A stretch of DNA of 64,000 nt, taken from NCBI GenBank assembly GCA_021513715.1, contig CP084167.1, positions 3,168,001-3,232,000 on the forward strand, in the 5' to 3' direction. The translations under genes and the position numbers were made by a program. The DNA comes from Candidatus Heimdallarchaeum endolithica. GTDB taxonomy: Archaea > Asgardarchaeota > Heimdallarchaeia > Heimdallarchaeales > Heimdallarchaeaceae. Below are positions 39,439-48,741 of the stretch, one piece after another (position 1 is the stretch's first letter; each line of letters opens with the position of its first letter). The notes beneath the pieces were generated by a model. The model made no database searches, was not told where the DNA came from, and saw only the letters and a list, made by a program, of their open reading frames with translations.

Positions 39439-39532
39439 AAACGACCGCAATTTCTGTATTTTTCTTGTCTATTATTCTGAATACTATTTTGTATAATGGT
39501 TCAAATATTTTCACTACTTGTCGATAATTATC

Positions 39533-39823
39533 TTACTCATGTTTTAAGAGATTTAATACAGGTTGAATTAACTTTTCAATTCTGCTAAAGGCTTCTTCTA
39601 TGTTTTGTTCATATGCCCATGCATGTATATCTCCCAATAATAGTTCTAAATTGCTATCTTTTTCTGTTTTTATTGACGCAAAGTCTAACCAATGTCTAAC
39701 TAATGCTAAAAACCCATCTGATGAACAATTACCTTTTAAAACTTCGTTGTATTGTTTTACTATTAATTGTGCTGCAGTAGTAAGAGTTATCTCATTTTTG
39801 ATTTCTTCTGTATTAGAATTCAT
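39533..39823 (-). CDS. Unknown 96-aa protein, paralog B
   Basis: Shares TxAAxLIxxxYNxV..G.....GFLxL..xWLDF....E.D...E.....IH...YE...I.KLI.P with paralog A. Confidence 0.8.
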   Translation of the reverse strand: MNSNTEEIKNEITLTTAAQLIVKQYNEVLKGNCSSDGFLALVRHWLDFASIKTEKDSNLELLLGDIHAWAYEQNIEEAFSRIEKLIQPVLNLLKHE

Positions 39824-39863
39824 TAATAATAATTAACTCATAAACAAATAAATGTTGTTTTCT

Positions 39864-39893
39864 ATTTCAATCATAACTAAAGCTAATTTTAAC
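39864..39893 (-). repeat. Degenerate solitary CRISPR-like repeat unit 2 (19/30 identical, both ends conserved)
   Basis: GTTAAAATTAGCTTTAGTTATGATTGAAAT is exactly 30 bp, keeps the ATTGAAAT handle, and sits at nearly the same distance from its ATG as unit 1 (40 vs 41 nt). Confidence 0.7.
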
Positions 39894-40278
39894 ACATAAT
39901 CTGATTAGGACATTTTTTTCTTTTTTATTTTTCTCCCTTATTTCTAATAAGCCATCTTCTTATAAATACGTCCATACAAGAAGGAAGGAAAATTTACTCG
40001 TGAAGAGTCCTTTTAACGAATATGCAAGTAAAACTAACTAAAAAAGAATAAATCTCTCTAATTTTGTATAAGAAATGTATAAGTATACACAAATCAAAGA
40101 TTATGTTGCATGAATGAAGTTGTTTTACTGTAGGTCTCCTTTTTAACTAACAATTAAATTTTGAAAAAGAAAAAATGGATGTAATAACAAACAGTGATTG
40201 TGTGATGATATTAATTTCTTGTTAAGGAAAGAGAAAAATTTATAGTAAATTGTCGATTAATTTATTTTGTGAATTTTT

Positions 40279-41358
40279 ATGAGAAACAAGATTAGATTTT
40301 TCTTCAGTTTCTTGTCAATTATTATCACTACCGTTTGTATATTGACCACTTTAGAAAATACTGTGGGTAACATAATTCCAACTTCGACACAGATAATAAT
40401 AATGAATGATAGTGATTTTGATACATATGGTTTTCCCGGTTCTGGTTCATTGAAAGATCCTTATATCATTGAAGGTCTTAACATCGTAGGAGATGGTGAT
40501 ATAGGTATATATATCGCTAACACTTATTTTTCCTATTATGTCATTCGCGACTGTGTGATTCAAGGCTATGATTTCGGGATAGTGATTGACAGTAGTTATA
40601 AAACAGCAACTATTGAAAACTGTGAGATTAACGTTAACTCTGTAGGAATAACCGTTATACAAAGTACTAGTTTTTATGTAATAAATAACACTGTTCAAGC
40701 AAATTCTGTAGGTATTACTGTTGATGCTGGATATAATGCAATAGTTAATAACACAATTGTTGATACGCCTTATGGTATTACCGCTTCACTTGTAGCAAAT
40801 GAAGGATTGATTTTAAATAATACAATCATCAATGCAGAGTGGGGAATAACAACAGATATTGAAGTAAAAAATACTCAGATATGCTGGAATAGTATTATTA
40901 ACGTATACTTTGCAGGTATTGGTATTAATACAGTGGATGATGTAACTAATTTAACGATACATCATAACACAATAATTGCTGGAGAACAATTTGATTATGA
41001 AACGTTAGGAAGACAAGAAGGTGTTAATGATCAAGTATTTTGGTATGATAGCAAAACAAGCGAAGGTAACTATTGGTCAGATTGGAGTCAAGTTGGTGAG
41101 TATGATATTTTAGATATTCAAGATGAAAAAACAAATAGTGATCTATATCCCCTAACAGAAATACCGACACCGCAAAATGCATTTCCGAGTCTTCCTATAA
41201 ATCCTGAAGATAAAGTAGAACCAACTACTCCAAGCCCAACTTCAAATGATGATGGAGAAGAAGATACAAATAGTTTAACTTTTAACATTAGTGTTATCCT
41301 AGTAACTTCAGTACTAGTTACACTGATCAGGTCAAGAAAACTAAAAAAACAATATTAA
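40279..41358 (+). CDS. Secreted right-handed beta-helix (NosD-like) surface protein
   Basis: Signal peptide, FPGSGSLKDPYIIEG, NNTI repeats, GNYWSDW, P/T linker, TM helix and basic tail. Confidence 0.8.
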   Translation: MRNKIRFFFSFLSIIITTVCILTTLENTVGNIIPTSTQIIIMNDSDFDTYGFPGSGSLKDPYIIEGLNIVGDGDIGIYIANTYFSYYVIRDCVIQGYDFGIVIDSSYKTATIENCEINVNSVGITVIQSTSFYVINNTVQANSVGITVDAGYNAIVNNTIVDTPYGITASLVANEGLILNNTIINAEWGITTDIEVKNTQICWNSIINVYFAGIGINTVDDVTNLTIHHNTIIAGEQFDYETLGRQEGVNDQVFWYDSKTSEGNYWSDWSQVGEYDILDIQDEKTNSDLYPLTEIPTPQNAFPSLPINPEDKVEPTTPSPTSNDDGEEDTNSLTFNISVILVTSVLVTLIRSRKLKKQY

Positions 41359-41683
41359 TATGCAAATTCCAATAATTTTTTTTCATTCATTTTTTCAGAA
41401 ATTTTGTCATATTGCTAATGTTTTTTGTGCGACAAGTATTATTCTATTAATTTCTGTTAGCAAACAGGCAATAAAACGAATAGATTAAACCAAAAATAAA
41501 AAAAAAGAAATTAAGGTAGTGAAAAAACAGCTAAATTTTAATTTTAGTCTTTGATTTCATTTCAAGATAGCTGTCATTAAGCAGAAAAAGATAGAAAAAT
41601 AAAAAATTTAGCATTGGTATTAAGAAATAGTAATTTTTGTAAAAAGAACATTTAAATATCTACAAATGATTTTTTTTACTAAA

Positions 41684-41928
41684 ATGAGTAAAATATCTGT
41701 GAAATTAAATATTTCAAAAAAAATTCTTCAACAAGTTGATATTGATTCTATAATTAAAAGAATAGAAGAAGAGATATTGTTAGAATACAACCTAAATAAA
41801 CTTCATGACTCAATGGAAGATAAAAATCTTGATACTTTATTAGACGAGGTTTAAGAAGAGTGGAGTTAATTGATGCATTTGTTGATTCTAATGTTATATT
41901 GAAGCATTTATCTGGAGTATGCTTATGA
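41684..41928 (+). pseudogene. Degraded vapBC-like toxin-antitoxin pair
   Basis: Short antitoxin-like ORF with a premature stop (LLDEV*EEWS*) overlaps a PIN-like start MELIDAFVDSNVILKHLSG (41860-41928) that ends after 22 codons. Confidence 0.55.
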
Positions 41929-43109
41929 CTCGCCTTTTTATCACTGAGAACATTACAAGAGAATCTGAGGAAGATCTTGAGAGATTGCTGTTATCGGTTG
42001 ATAAACGAGCTGAGTTATTTAATTACTCTCCTTTTATTCTCAGGATAGTTAATGAACTACTATTAGAACAAGGTTATTCTGTAGGTTTAGGTTATAAATC
42101 TACACGAGCGATTATTGACAATTATTGGAAAGGAATACGTCTTCCTATTCAAAGTGATGTTGTTATAAGAATTATAGACCAGGTTAACATAGATTATTTT
42201 TGGGGTATTGTTGTTCTTCTAAGAGATAGAGTTGTTCACAATAAGATGTGGGATGACCTTTACTCTATAACAAAGTTAAAACCTAAAAATGATCTAATTT
42301 TCCGGGGGATTTTTTCTAATTTTGAAGAAAGTTCTCTTAATTCGATTGTGGAGCAAATAAAATCTATAGTTGATAAAAACTCTCTAAGTTATAAAATTGA
42401 AAAATATGTTATCTCCAAAAAAACTACGACTGTTGAAAATAAGGTTGTAGACCTCTATTTACCTCCAGACGCTTCTTTTTCTTGTAAGATGTGCTCTATG
42501 TGTGAGCTTCCTAGTAATTATTCAATTAATCCTATTCCAAACAAATCTACACAACATTTTCAAAGTTTATTTACTTGTCAAAGAATAGGTTTTCCTTCTA
42601 ATTTAGCATGCCTTTCTCTTTATGAAGCAATTGAAATCTCTACAAAAAGACAAGAAAGGTTAGAAAAGTTCTGTAAACCTGTTATATTTTCAAAAAATAA
42701 AGAAGGGGTTATAGTAGATTATCAATTAGCTCTTAATCAGAATAACGGATTATGTGTCTTTTTTGACAAAGACAAAGGGTTATGTAAAATTCATGAGTAC
42801 AAACCTTTGAATTGCTTTAGTTATCCTTTTCTTATAACTAAGATCAACGATACGCAAATTTCAATTGAGCTGGATTTTTCTTGCCCTGGATTGTTTAAAG
42901 GAAAAACTGATAATTTATCCTCTTTTTTGGAAAATATTTATTTTCGACTACTTCAAGGAGATAACTCTATGATTGAGTTTAATAATGTTTATTCACTAAA
43001 ATGGGATCTATCCTCTTATTTTGACGATTACGAAAGAGTGAAAAAAGAAGATATTGAAGAGACTTTAGATTATTTATATCAAAAATACAGCCAATTTGTT
43101 GAGAAATAA
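41919..43109 (+). CDS. Protein with YkgJ-like cysteine-cluster (Fe-S/Zn) domain
   Basis: FSCKMCSMC and CVFFD...LCKIHEYKPLNCFSYPF...CPG motifs. Confidence 0.75.
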   Translation: MLMTRLFITENITRESEEDLERLLLSVDKRAELFNYSPFILRIVNELLLEQGYSVGLGYKSTRAIIDNYWKGIRLPIQSDVVIRIIDQVNIDYFWGIVVLLRDRVVHNKMWDDLYSITKLKPKNDLIFRGIFSNFEESSLNSIVEQIKSIVDKNSLSYKIEKYVISKKTTTVENKVVDLYLPPDASFSCKMCSMCELPSNYSINPIPNKSTQHFQSLFTCQRIGFPSNLACLSLYEAIEISTKRQERLEKFCKPVIFSKNKEGVIVDYQLALNQNNGLCVFFDKDKGLCKIHEYKPLNCFSYPFLITKINDTQISIELDFSCPGLFKGKTDNLSSFLENIYFRLLQGDNSMIEFNNVYSLKWDLSSYFDDYERVKKEDIEETLDYLYQKYSQFVEK

Positions 43110-43129
43110 TAAAAGAAAAAAATTCTTTT
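42793..43129 (+). repeat. Direct repeat copy 1 (3' end of the YkgJ-like gene plus downstream sequence)
   Basis: Roughly 90% identical by eye to 50365-50702. Confidence 0.9.
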
Positions 43130-43184
43130 ACTTTTTTTTGTTAATTTCATTAGTTGTCACTGGTAGGGTCTATTTTTCATACTA

Positions 43185-43790
43185 CCTCATAGGTAAAAAG
43201 AAACTGAGGGGAAGATGTTTCAAGCTCTGATGTGAGCGGAGGAAGTTATACTGAAGAGAAAAAAGAGTAAGGAAGCATGACAGATGCTCAGAGTCATAAA
43301 CTGCTCTGATTGAGCATTTAAAGCAAAGAATTGAATTAAGTCAACGTTAAGTCTTGAGAGTGAAAATAAAACGTTCAATGTAGGAATGGACATTATCACG
43401 AACAACCAGCCACTTGACACCCAAGTGACGTAAAAAAACATACTATTTTCCCCAATCAGTGATACTTGTGTATGGTTTGGTTCCCAAACATTTGAAACAG
43501 TAACGAAAAGTTAGGAAACATTCAATATCAATACAATCCTTAATTATATTAAAATCTAACAAGGTTTTATTACAAGGGTCTAAAGCGAACCATAAGTATA
43601 CCGAATCTTATGTAGTCCTGATCTCTATGTCATCTATGACCCTTGTCTCTGATAACCCTTTTTTAGATACTTTATTATCTAACTTGCGCTAAAAAAATAA
43701 ACTTCTTTGCTCAATATCATAACTCTTGATGTGTTATTCCACTTTTCCACGTAATGGTCCTTAACCCATTCTTTGAACCTATATTCATAA
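43185..43790 (-). pseudogene. Degenerate IS6-like DDE transposase remnant (ends approximate)
   Basis: Minus-strand translation with stops: VIDDIEI..*.VYLWFALDPCNKTLLDF...ITDWGK*Y...IERFIFTLK...YNFLRSHQSL. Confidence 0.7.
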
Positions 43791-44022
43791 ATCGCTTTTA
43801 TTATTATTTTTTTGGGGATTCTGCTTCGAATAAATAATTTTGTAAATTTAATACTATGATATTAACAACGAAAATGGATTGAATGAAAATTACAAAAATC
43901 TGTTTTTTTCCTATTTAAATTAAATAAATGTAATAAACGTTTTGGAAATTAAACTTAAATAAATTGTAAAAAAGCATAATGAATACTAAAGTAAAAAATT
44001 AAAAAAGGACAGTATCAATCTT

Positions 44023-44634
44023 TTAATCCTGGTTATTCTTAAAAAAAGTACTTATTGTTCCACTTATTCCAGAACTTCCTCCAAAAATAATTATTCCCAA
44101 CTTTATGTCTATTTTGTCAAGTTGCCCCATTAAAAATTTAATAAACGTTAGAATAATCGATAACAATATTGTGCTGATTGAAAGAACTAGTTTAATTTTA
44201 CTTAGAGTATCCTTATCAAAACGTAGTAACAGTTCAAAAATAAAAAGAAGACTTCCTCCTGTTATTCCAAGAATTAAACCTATTATTAAAGATGAAACCA
44301 TCTTAAATCTATCAAACCAAAGAAAAATTATTGTGTTACCTTGTATGAGTAATTTTACTTCATTCGGTTTTTTCCACAAAAATTGTATGAGTAAAGCTGT
44401 GAAACATACATACAATATAATCCCAACAAATATTCCTATTTTTATTCCAACATCTATATCATAAAAAGCGTCTTTTTTTTCAGAAAATAGTAAATAAGTT
44501 AATAGGAAAATAATTATGGTGATTAAAAAAATATTGAGGAAATATCCCCATAATATAGTTTTGGTACATAACAACATCGTTGTTCCAGCATTTACTATGA
44601 CAAAAAAAAAGAAGAAGATTATTGCAAAAGCCAT
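44023..44634 (-). CDS. Multi-pass membrane protein of unknown function
   Basis: About six hydrophobic segments; abuts the stop codon of the upstream surface-protein gene. Confidence 0.6.
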   Translation of the reverse strand: MAFAIIFFFFFVIVNAGTTMLLCTKTILWGYFLNIFLITIIIFLLTYLLFSEKKDAFYDIDVGIKIGIFVGIILYVCFTALLIQFLWKKPNEVKLLIQGNTIIFLWFDRFKMVSSLIIGLILGITGGSLLFIFELLLRFDKDTLSKIKLVLSISTILLSIILTFIKFLMGQLDKIDIKLGIIIFGGSSGISGTISTFFKNNQD

Positions 44635-47600
44635 TTATATTCTCCTTTTCTTCTTAAAGAACACAGCTAGTAATGGGATGCATAAGAAGGTAATATACTG
44701 AGATGATACAATAAAAGTAGAATTTTCTCTTATATCGGTTGAATTGGAGCTTATAATGAATGAAGATATAGATGTTGTTTCTTCATTATTTGATGAATCA
44801 GTAGCTTTTATATAGAAATCAATTTTAGCATTTGCTTCAAAAGGTCCGATAGAAGCACTATATACGCTACCATTGGAAACCATATATTCTTGAACCCAAG
44901 AGCTACCATTTATTCTATAGAAAAGGGTCACAGAAACAACTTCTACATTATCTGTAACATTTGCACTAATTACTATCGCATCGTTTTCAGTAGGTGCAGA
45001 AGGAGTATGAGTTACAGAAGTAATAGAAGGAGCTATTTTATCTAATGTAGTAACGGAGAAGCTGTAATATGCTTTATCATTATCATTTGTTGCTTTGTTA
45101 TGATTAGACGAATTATCAACAGCCACAATATAATACTTAATTATGTCATTAGCATCAAATGGGCCAATTGTTGCTTCATAAGTAGAATCAGAGACAAGGG
45201 TCATATTCTCTTCTGACCAATTACCAGAGTTTACCAGATAGTGCAAAGTCACAACTTGTATTCCAGATTCATCTGTAATATCTGCACTAATTACTACCGC
45301 ATCGTTTTCAGTAGGTGCAGAAGGAGTATGAGTTACAGAAGTAATAAAAGGAGTTTTGGTGTCAAGATCTTGCGTTTTTTGTATGTCATCAACGACATTT
45401 TCCATAGTATCAAAACTATTAGTGTTATCAGCATACAAGATAAAACTAGCAGTATTACTAGTACCAATTGCTATAGTTGAACCATTGTGAATATAGGAGA
45501 ATAACTCTCTATCAAAAGCCCATTCTCCATTTTTGATAAACATCCCCATGTTTTGTATTTGAGTAAGATCTTTTGGTATCAGACCTTCGATCCATGATTG
45601 ATTTGATGAACGAAAAGCAGCGTAAAGTGGTTTTTCAAATGGTGCATAAAGCTTATTTGACGTATCTAAGGAAGATATATCTCCTTCTGGATTTATACCT
45701 AGCTTATAATAATCAAACCAAGCCATTTCTCCAGGATCGGATGTGCTCCAAATACTGTTAATTTGAGCGAAATTATATGAAATGGAACCAATAGTCGTTA
45801 AACCATAGGTTTCATAATTTATATCGACATAAACATTTTGATCATCAGGTTTAATAGTATAAGTGATAGTAACTTGAAAGTTGTATTCAGTCCAATCGCA
45901 GACAATATTAACTACTGCATTGTCACCATCCATATATGTTGTAATAGATGCAGGATAACTATCTCCTAGTGCTCGTTGATTTTTCACCCATGTCCAATCT
46001 GCATCTCTAACAACAACTTGCCAACCACTTTGTATTCCTGTTAAATCTCCTCTTATTCTGTTCATATCATCTGTGGGATCATTATTTCCATTATCATCAA
46101 CTCTCCAGTCTGTTATCACTCCTTTTGGATTATCACTGTAACCATAAGCAACTGTTGTATCCCATGCAATGTACACTTTACTGTTTTTAATATAATTCTC
46201 CCCGACCTCAACATCAGTTGGGTAAATGTCGTCAGGAACAAGTTCTATTAGTGCGAAAGTGTTTTGATAATGATTATGCAGATATGGAAAGAAAAATGTT
46301 TCAACAGCATTTTCTGATAAAAAGAATTGGATCCTGTAGTGTTGTATAGATGAACTTTTAGCAAACTCTATCTTTGGAATTTTCCATTCATATGTTAATC
46401 CATTAGTTGAATCCACAACTGATTTTCCTAGATTCTCTATAGTAATTGAAGTTTCTTGTGAAAAGTTAAATCTAGTTTCACCGTTATAACCACTCCATCC
46501 ACTAGGTGCGTTTTTTTGAGTTTTAAAATCGCAATAAGGTGAGTTTAAAGAACTGTAAAGCATATTATCTATGTCTCCATCAATAACTACAGCTGCTTTA
46601 GAGTCCCAACCATCTGCTAATTTAGAATCTATACCAACATAGAGGTAATCATTATCATAACCCAAATAAAAGGTCATATATCTTATACCTCCATCTTCAG
46701 AATAGACGGGAGAAGTGAATATTGTATTATATTCATAGTCATTTAAGCTACCATCGATATTTGGAGTAGAGGGAGTTTTGTAAACCTTTATTTTATTGAC
46801 CAAGTAAAGAGGATTATTGTATATATTTCCTCCTAATGAACTAATCTCAGCATGACCATCGAAAGCTCCTTCAAAACAATATAAGTTACCATTTCGAGAT
46901 GAAACAAGGACCTCTAATTTATTATCACCATCTATATCCTCAATCACAGGAACGGTTATCACTTCACCAATGTTATAGCTCCATTCTTGAACTCCAGTTG
47001 ATAAATCAACTACTCTTAATAAATAATCTGGATTAGTACAATAAAGCGCTTCTAGTTCTCCATCGTTATCTATATCACCTATAACTGGTTCACGGGATTC
47101 ACCACTTGAAAGATGCCATAATTCACCATTTTCCGATATCGCGTGCATACCATCTGTTGCAGCTACCAATAAATCAAGATGACCATCATCATCAATATCA
47201 TATGGAAGAAGAGCTCTTACACCACTACCAATGTCATGGGAGAAAAGAACAGTTTCATTATAAGCTATAACTTTTACTAAATTATCATCTGGAGAAGCAA
47301 CACCTATAGCTAATTCTCCAGGAGAGAAAAAATCAGCCACAATAATAGAATCAACATAAATACCAGCATCAATTGTTTTTTCTAGTACACCAGCTTTATC
47401 ATAAATATTGATATTATTTCCAGAACCCACAATAATTTCTAAATTAAAATCATTGTCAATATCTGCAACAACAATATGAGAAGCCTCATCATTAATACCT
47501 GTTTTTTGGAATCTAAGAGAACCATCAGAATTTAGGACATAAAAGTTACCAGTGTAAGATATTGTTAAGATTTCTAAGGCAGGAGATTCGAGGTGATCAT

Positions 47601-48105
47601 CAATGTCAGCTATTACAATTGGTCTACTCGCGTCATTAGCTAATTGATATGTCCATTCAGGTGTAGTAGAGTCAGTAGTAAAACAACGGATATAATCATC
47701 ATCAGATCCAACAATAAACTCTATATTGCCATCAAGATCAATATCACCAATAGCTGGTTGTGTATGTGCTAACCATGTTGCGGAGGTTGTCCATTCTATA
47801 TTGCCATCTGAATCTAATACGTAGAAATTGTGATCTCCTGAACCAATTACTATCTCCTTAGTACCATCTTGATCGATATCGAAAACATTTGGAGAACTAT
47901 GAAAGAAACCAGCTGAAAAAGTCCATTGGATATTAAGGCTTGCAATATCTTGTTTAACAAAAGGATTAAGATCAATGTCTGTGTTTTGAGTTGAAATTTC
48001 ATGTTGTATTGAATCATGTTCTTCAAAATTATGAATAATAGTCGGATTGCTTATAATAAAAATAACAAGCAATATGTTTATATATACAATTAAGTTTCTC
48101 ACCAT
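44635..48105 (-). CDS. Large surface protein: FG-GAP/PQQ-like beta-propeller, CBM9/DOMON-like domain, two Ig-like repeats, C-terminal anchor
   Basis: DIDxDGxxE repeats; PNIDGSLNDY...GYDNDYLYVG; duplicated ITSVTHTPSAPTENDA; TM helix plus KKKRR. Confidence 0.75.
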   Translation of the reverse strand: MVRNLIVYINILLVIFIISNPTIIHNFEEHDSIQHEISTQNTDIDLNPFVKQDIASLNIQWTFSAGFFHSSPNVFDIDQDGTKEIVIGSGDHNFYVLDSDGNIEWTTSATWLAHTQPAIGDIDLDGNIEFIVGSDDDYIRCFTTDSTTPEWTYQLANDASRPIVIADIDDHLESPALEILTISYTGNFYVLNSDGSLRFQKTGINDEASHIVVADIDNDFNLEIIVGSGNNINIYDKAGVLEKTIDAGIYVDSIIVADFFSPGELAIGVASPDDNLVKVIAYNETVLFSHDIGSGVRALLPYDIDDDGHLDLLVAATDGMHAISENGELWHLSSGESREPVIGDIDNDGELEALYCTNPDYLLRVVDLSTGVQEWSYNIGEVITVPVIEDIDGDNKLEVLVSSRNGNLYCFEGAFDGHAEISSLGGNIYNNPLYLVNKIKVYKTPSTPNIDGSLNDYEYNTIFTSPVYSEDGGIRYMTFYLGYDNDYLYVGIDSKLADGWDSKAAVVIDGDIDNMLYSSLNSPYCDFKTQKNAPSGWSGYNGETRFNFSQETSITIENLGKSVVDSTNGLTYEWKIPKIEFAKSSSIQHYRIQFFLSENAVETFFFPYLHNHYQNTFALIELVPDDIYPTDVEVGENYIKNSKVYIAWDTTVAYGYSDNPKGVITDWRVDDNGNNDPTDDMNRIRGDLTGIQSGWQVVVRDADWTWVKNQRALGDSYPASITTYMDGDNAVVNIVCDWTEYNFQVTITYTIKPDDQNVYVDINYETYGLTTIGSISYNFAQINSIWSTSDPGEMAWFDYYKLGINPEGDISSLDTSNKLYAPFEKPLYAAFRSSNQSWIEGLIPKDLTQIQNMGMFIKNGEWAFDRELFSYIHNGSTIAIGTSNTASFILYADNTNSFDTMENVVDDIQKTQDLDTKTPFITSVTHTPSAPTENDAVVISADITDESGIQVVTLHYLVNSGNWSEENMTLVSDSTYEATIGPFDANDIIKYYIVAVDNSSNHNKATNDNDKAYYSFSVTTLDKIAPSITSVTHTPSAPTENDAIVISANVTDNVEVVSVTLFYRINGSSWVQEYMVSNGSVYSASIGPFEANAKIDFYIKATDSSNNEETTSISSFIISSNSTDIRENSTFIVSSQYITFLCIPLLAVFFKKKRRI
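44950..45353. repeat. Near-identical ~83-bp intragenic repeat (44950-45032 and 45271-45353, period 321 bp)
   Basis: GCATCGTTTTCAGTAGGTGCAGAAGGAGTATGAGTTACAGAAGTAATA occurs twice. Confidence 0.85.
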
Positions 48106-48741
48106 ATCACCTTTGTCTTTATTAATTAATAGAAATTTTTCAATTACATAGAGTTTTAAAAATATTTAAGTTAATTGGTAATTGCAAGGTTACAATTTTG
48201 CTGAATGAGTCCTAACAATCAGGATATGCATAGCAATTATAGTTTAGATATTAATTATATTTTTTAAAAAGGCTAATTTTAAAAGAAAATTTTTATATCA
48301 AAATAGATATAGATTATAATTAAAAATTCAAGAAGTGAGAAACTGAATAGAAAAAGACAAATAACAATATTGGTCATTATAATAGTAATGACTAATAGTA
48401 TTGACTTGTTAAACAATGGATTAATAACTATACAGCAAAAAGATTTAAACGAAGAGGATATAAAAACAAAGTTTTCATCTTCAACACTGACAGCACATGA
48501 TCCAATTGCTAACACTTCTGATAGCGATTTTAGTATCTTTCCTAGAACAGGAACACCAGATGATCCCTACATCATTGAAGGTTTCAATATTACCACTATC
48601 AGTGATTATGGCATCAATATTCGTTATATCGCTAAATACTTCATCATTCATAATTGCTATGTTGACGTAGCATATACTTGAATATTCATTTAAAATGTAG
48701 CAGACGGGACAGTTATTATCACTATCAATATATGCATCAAC

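Noticed and set aside
43220-43441. 73-aa ORF
   Set aside because: It is an off-frame reading of the IS6-like remnant.
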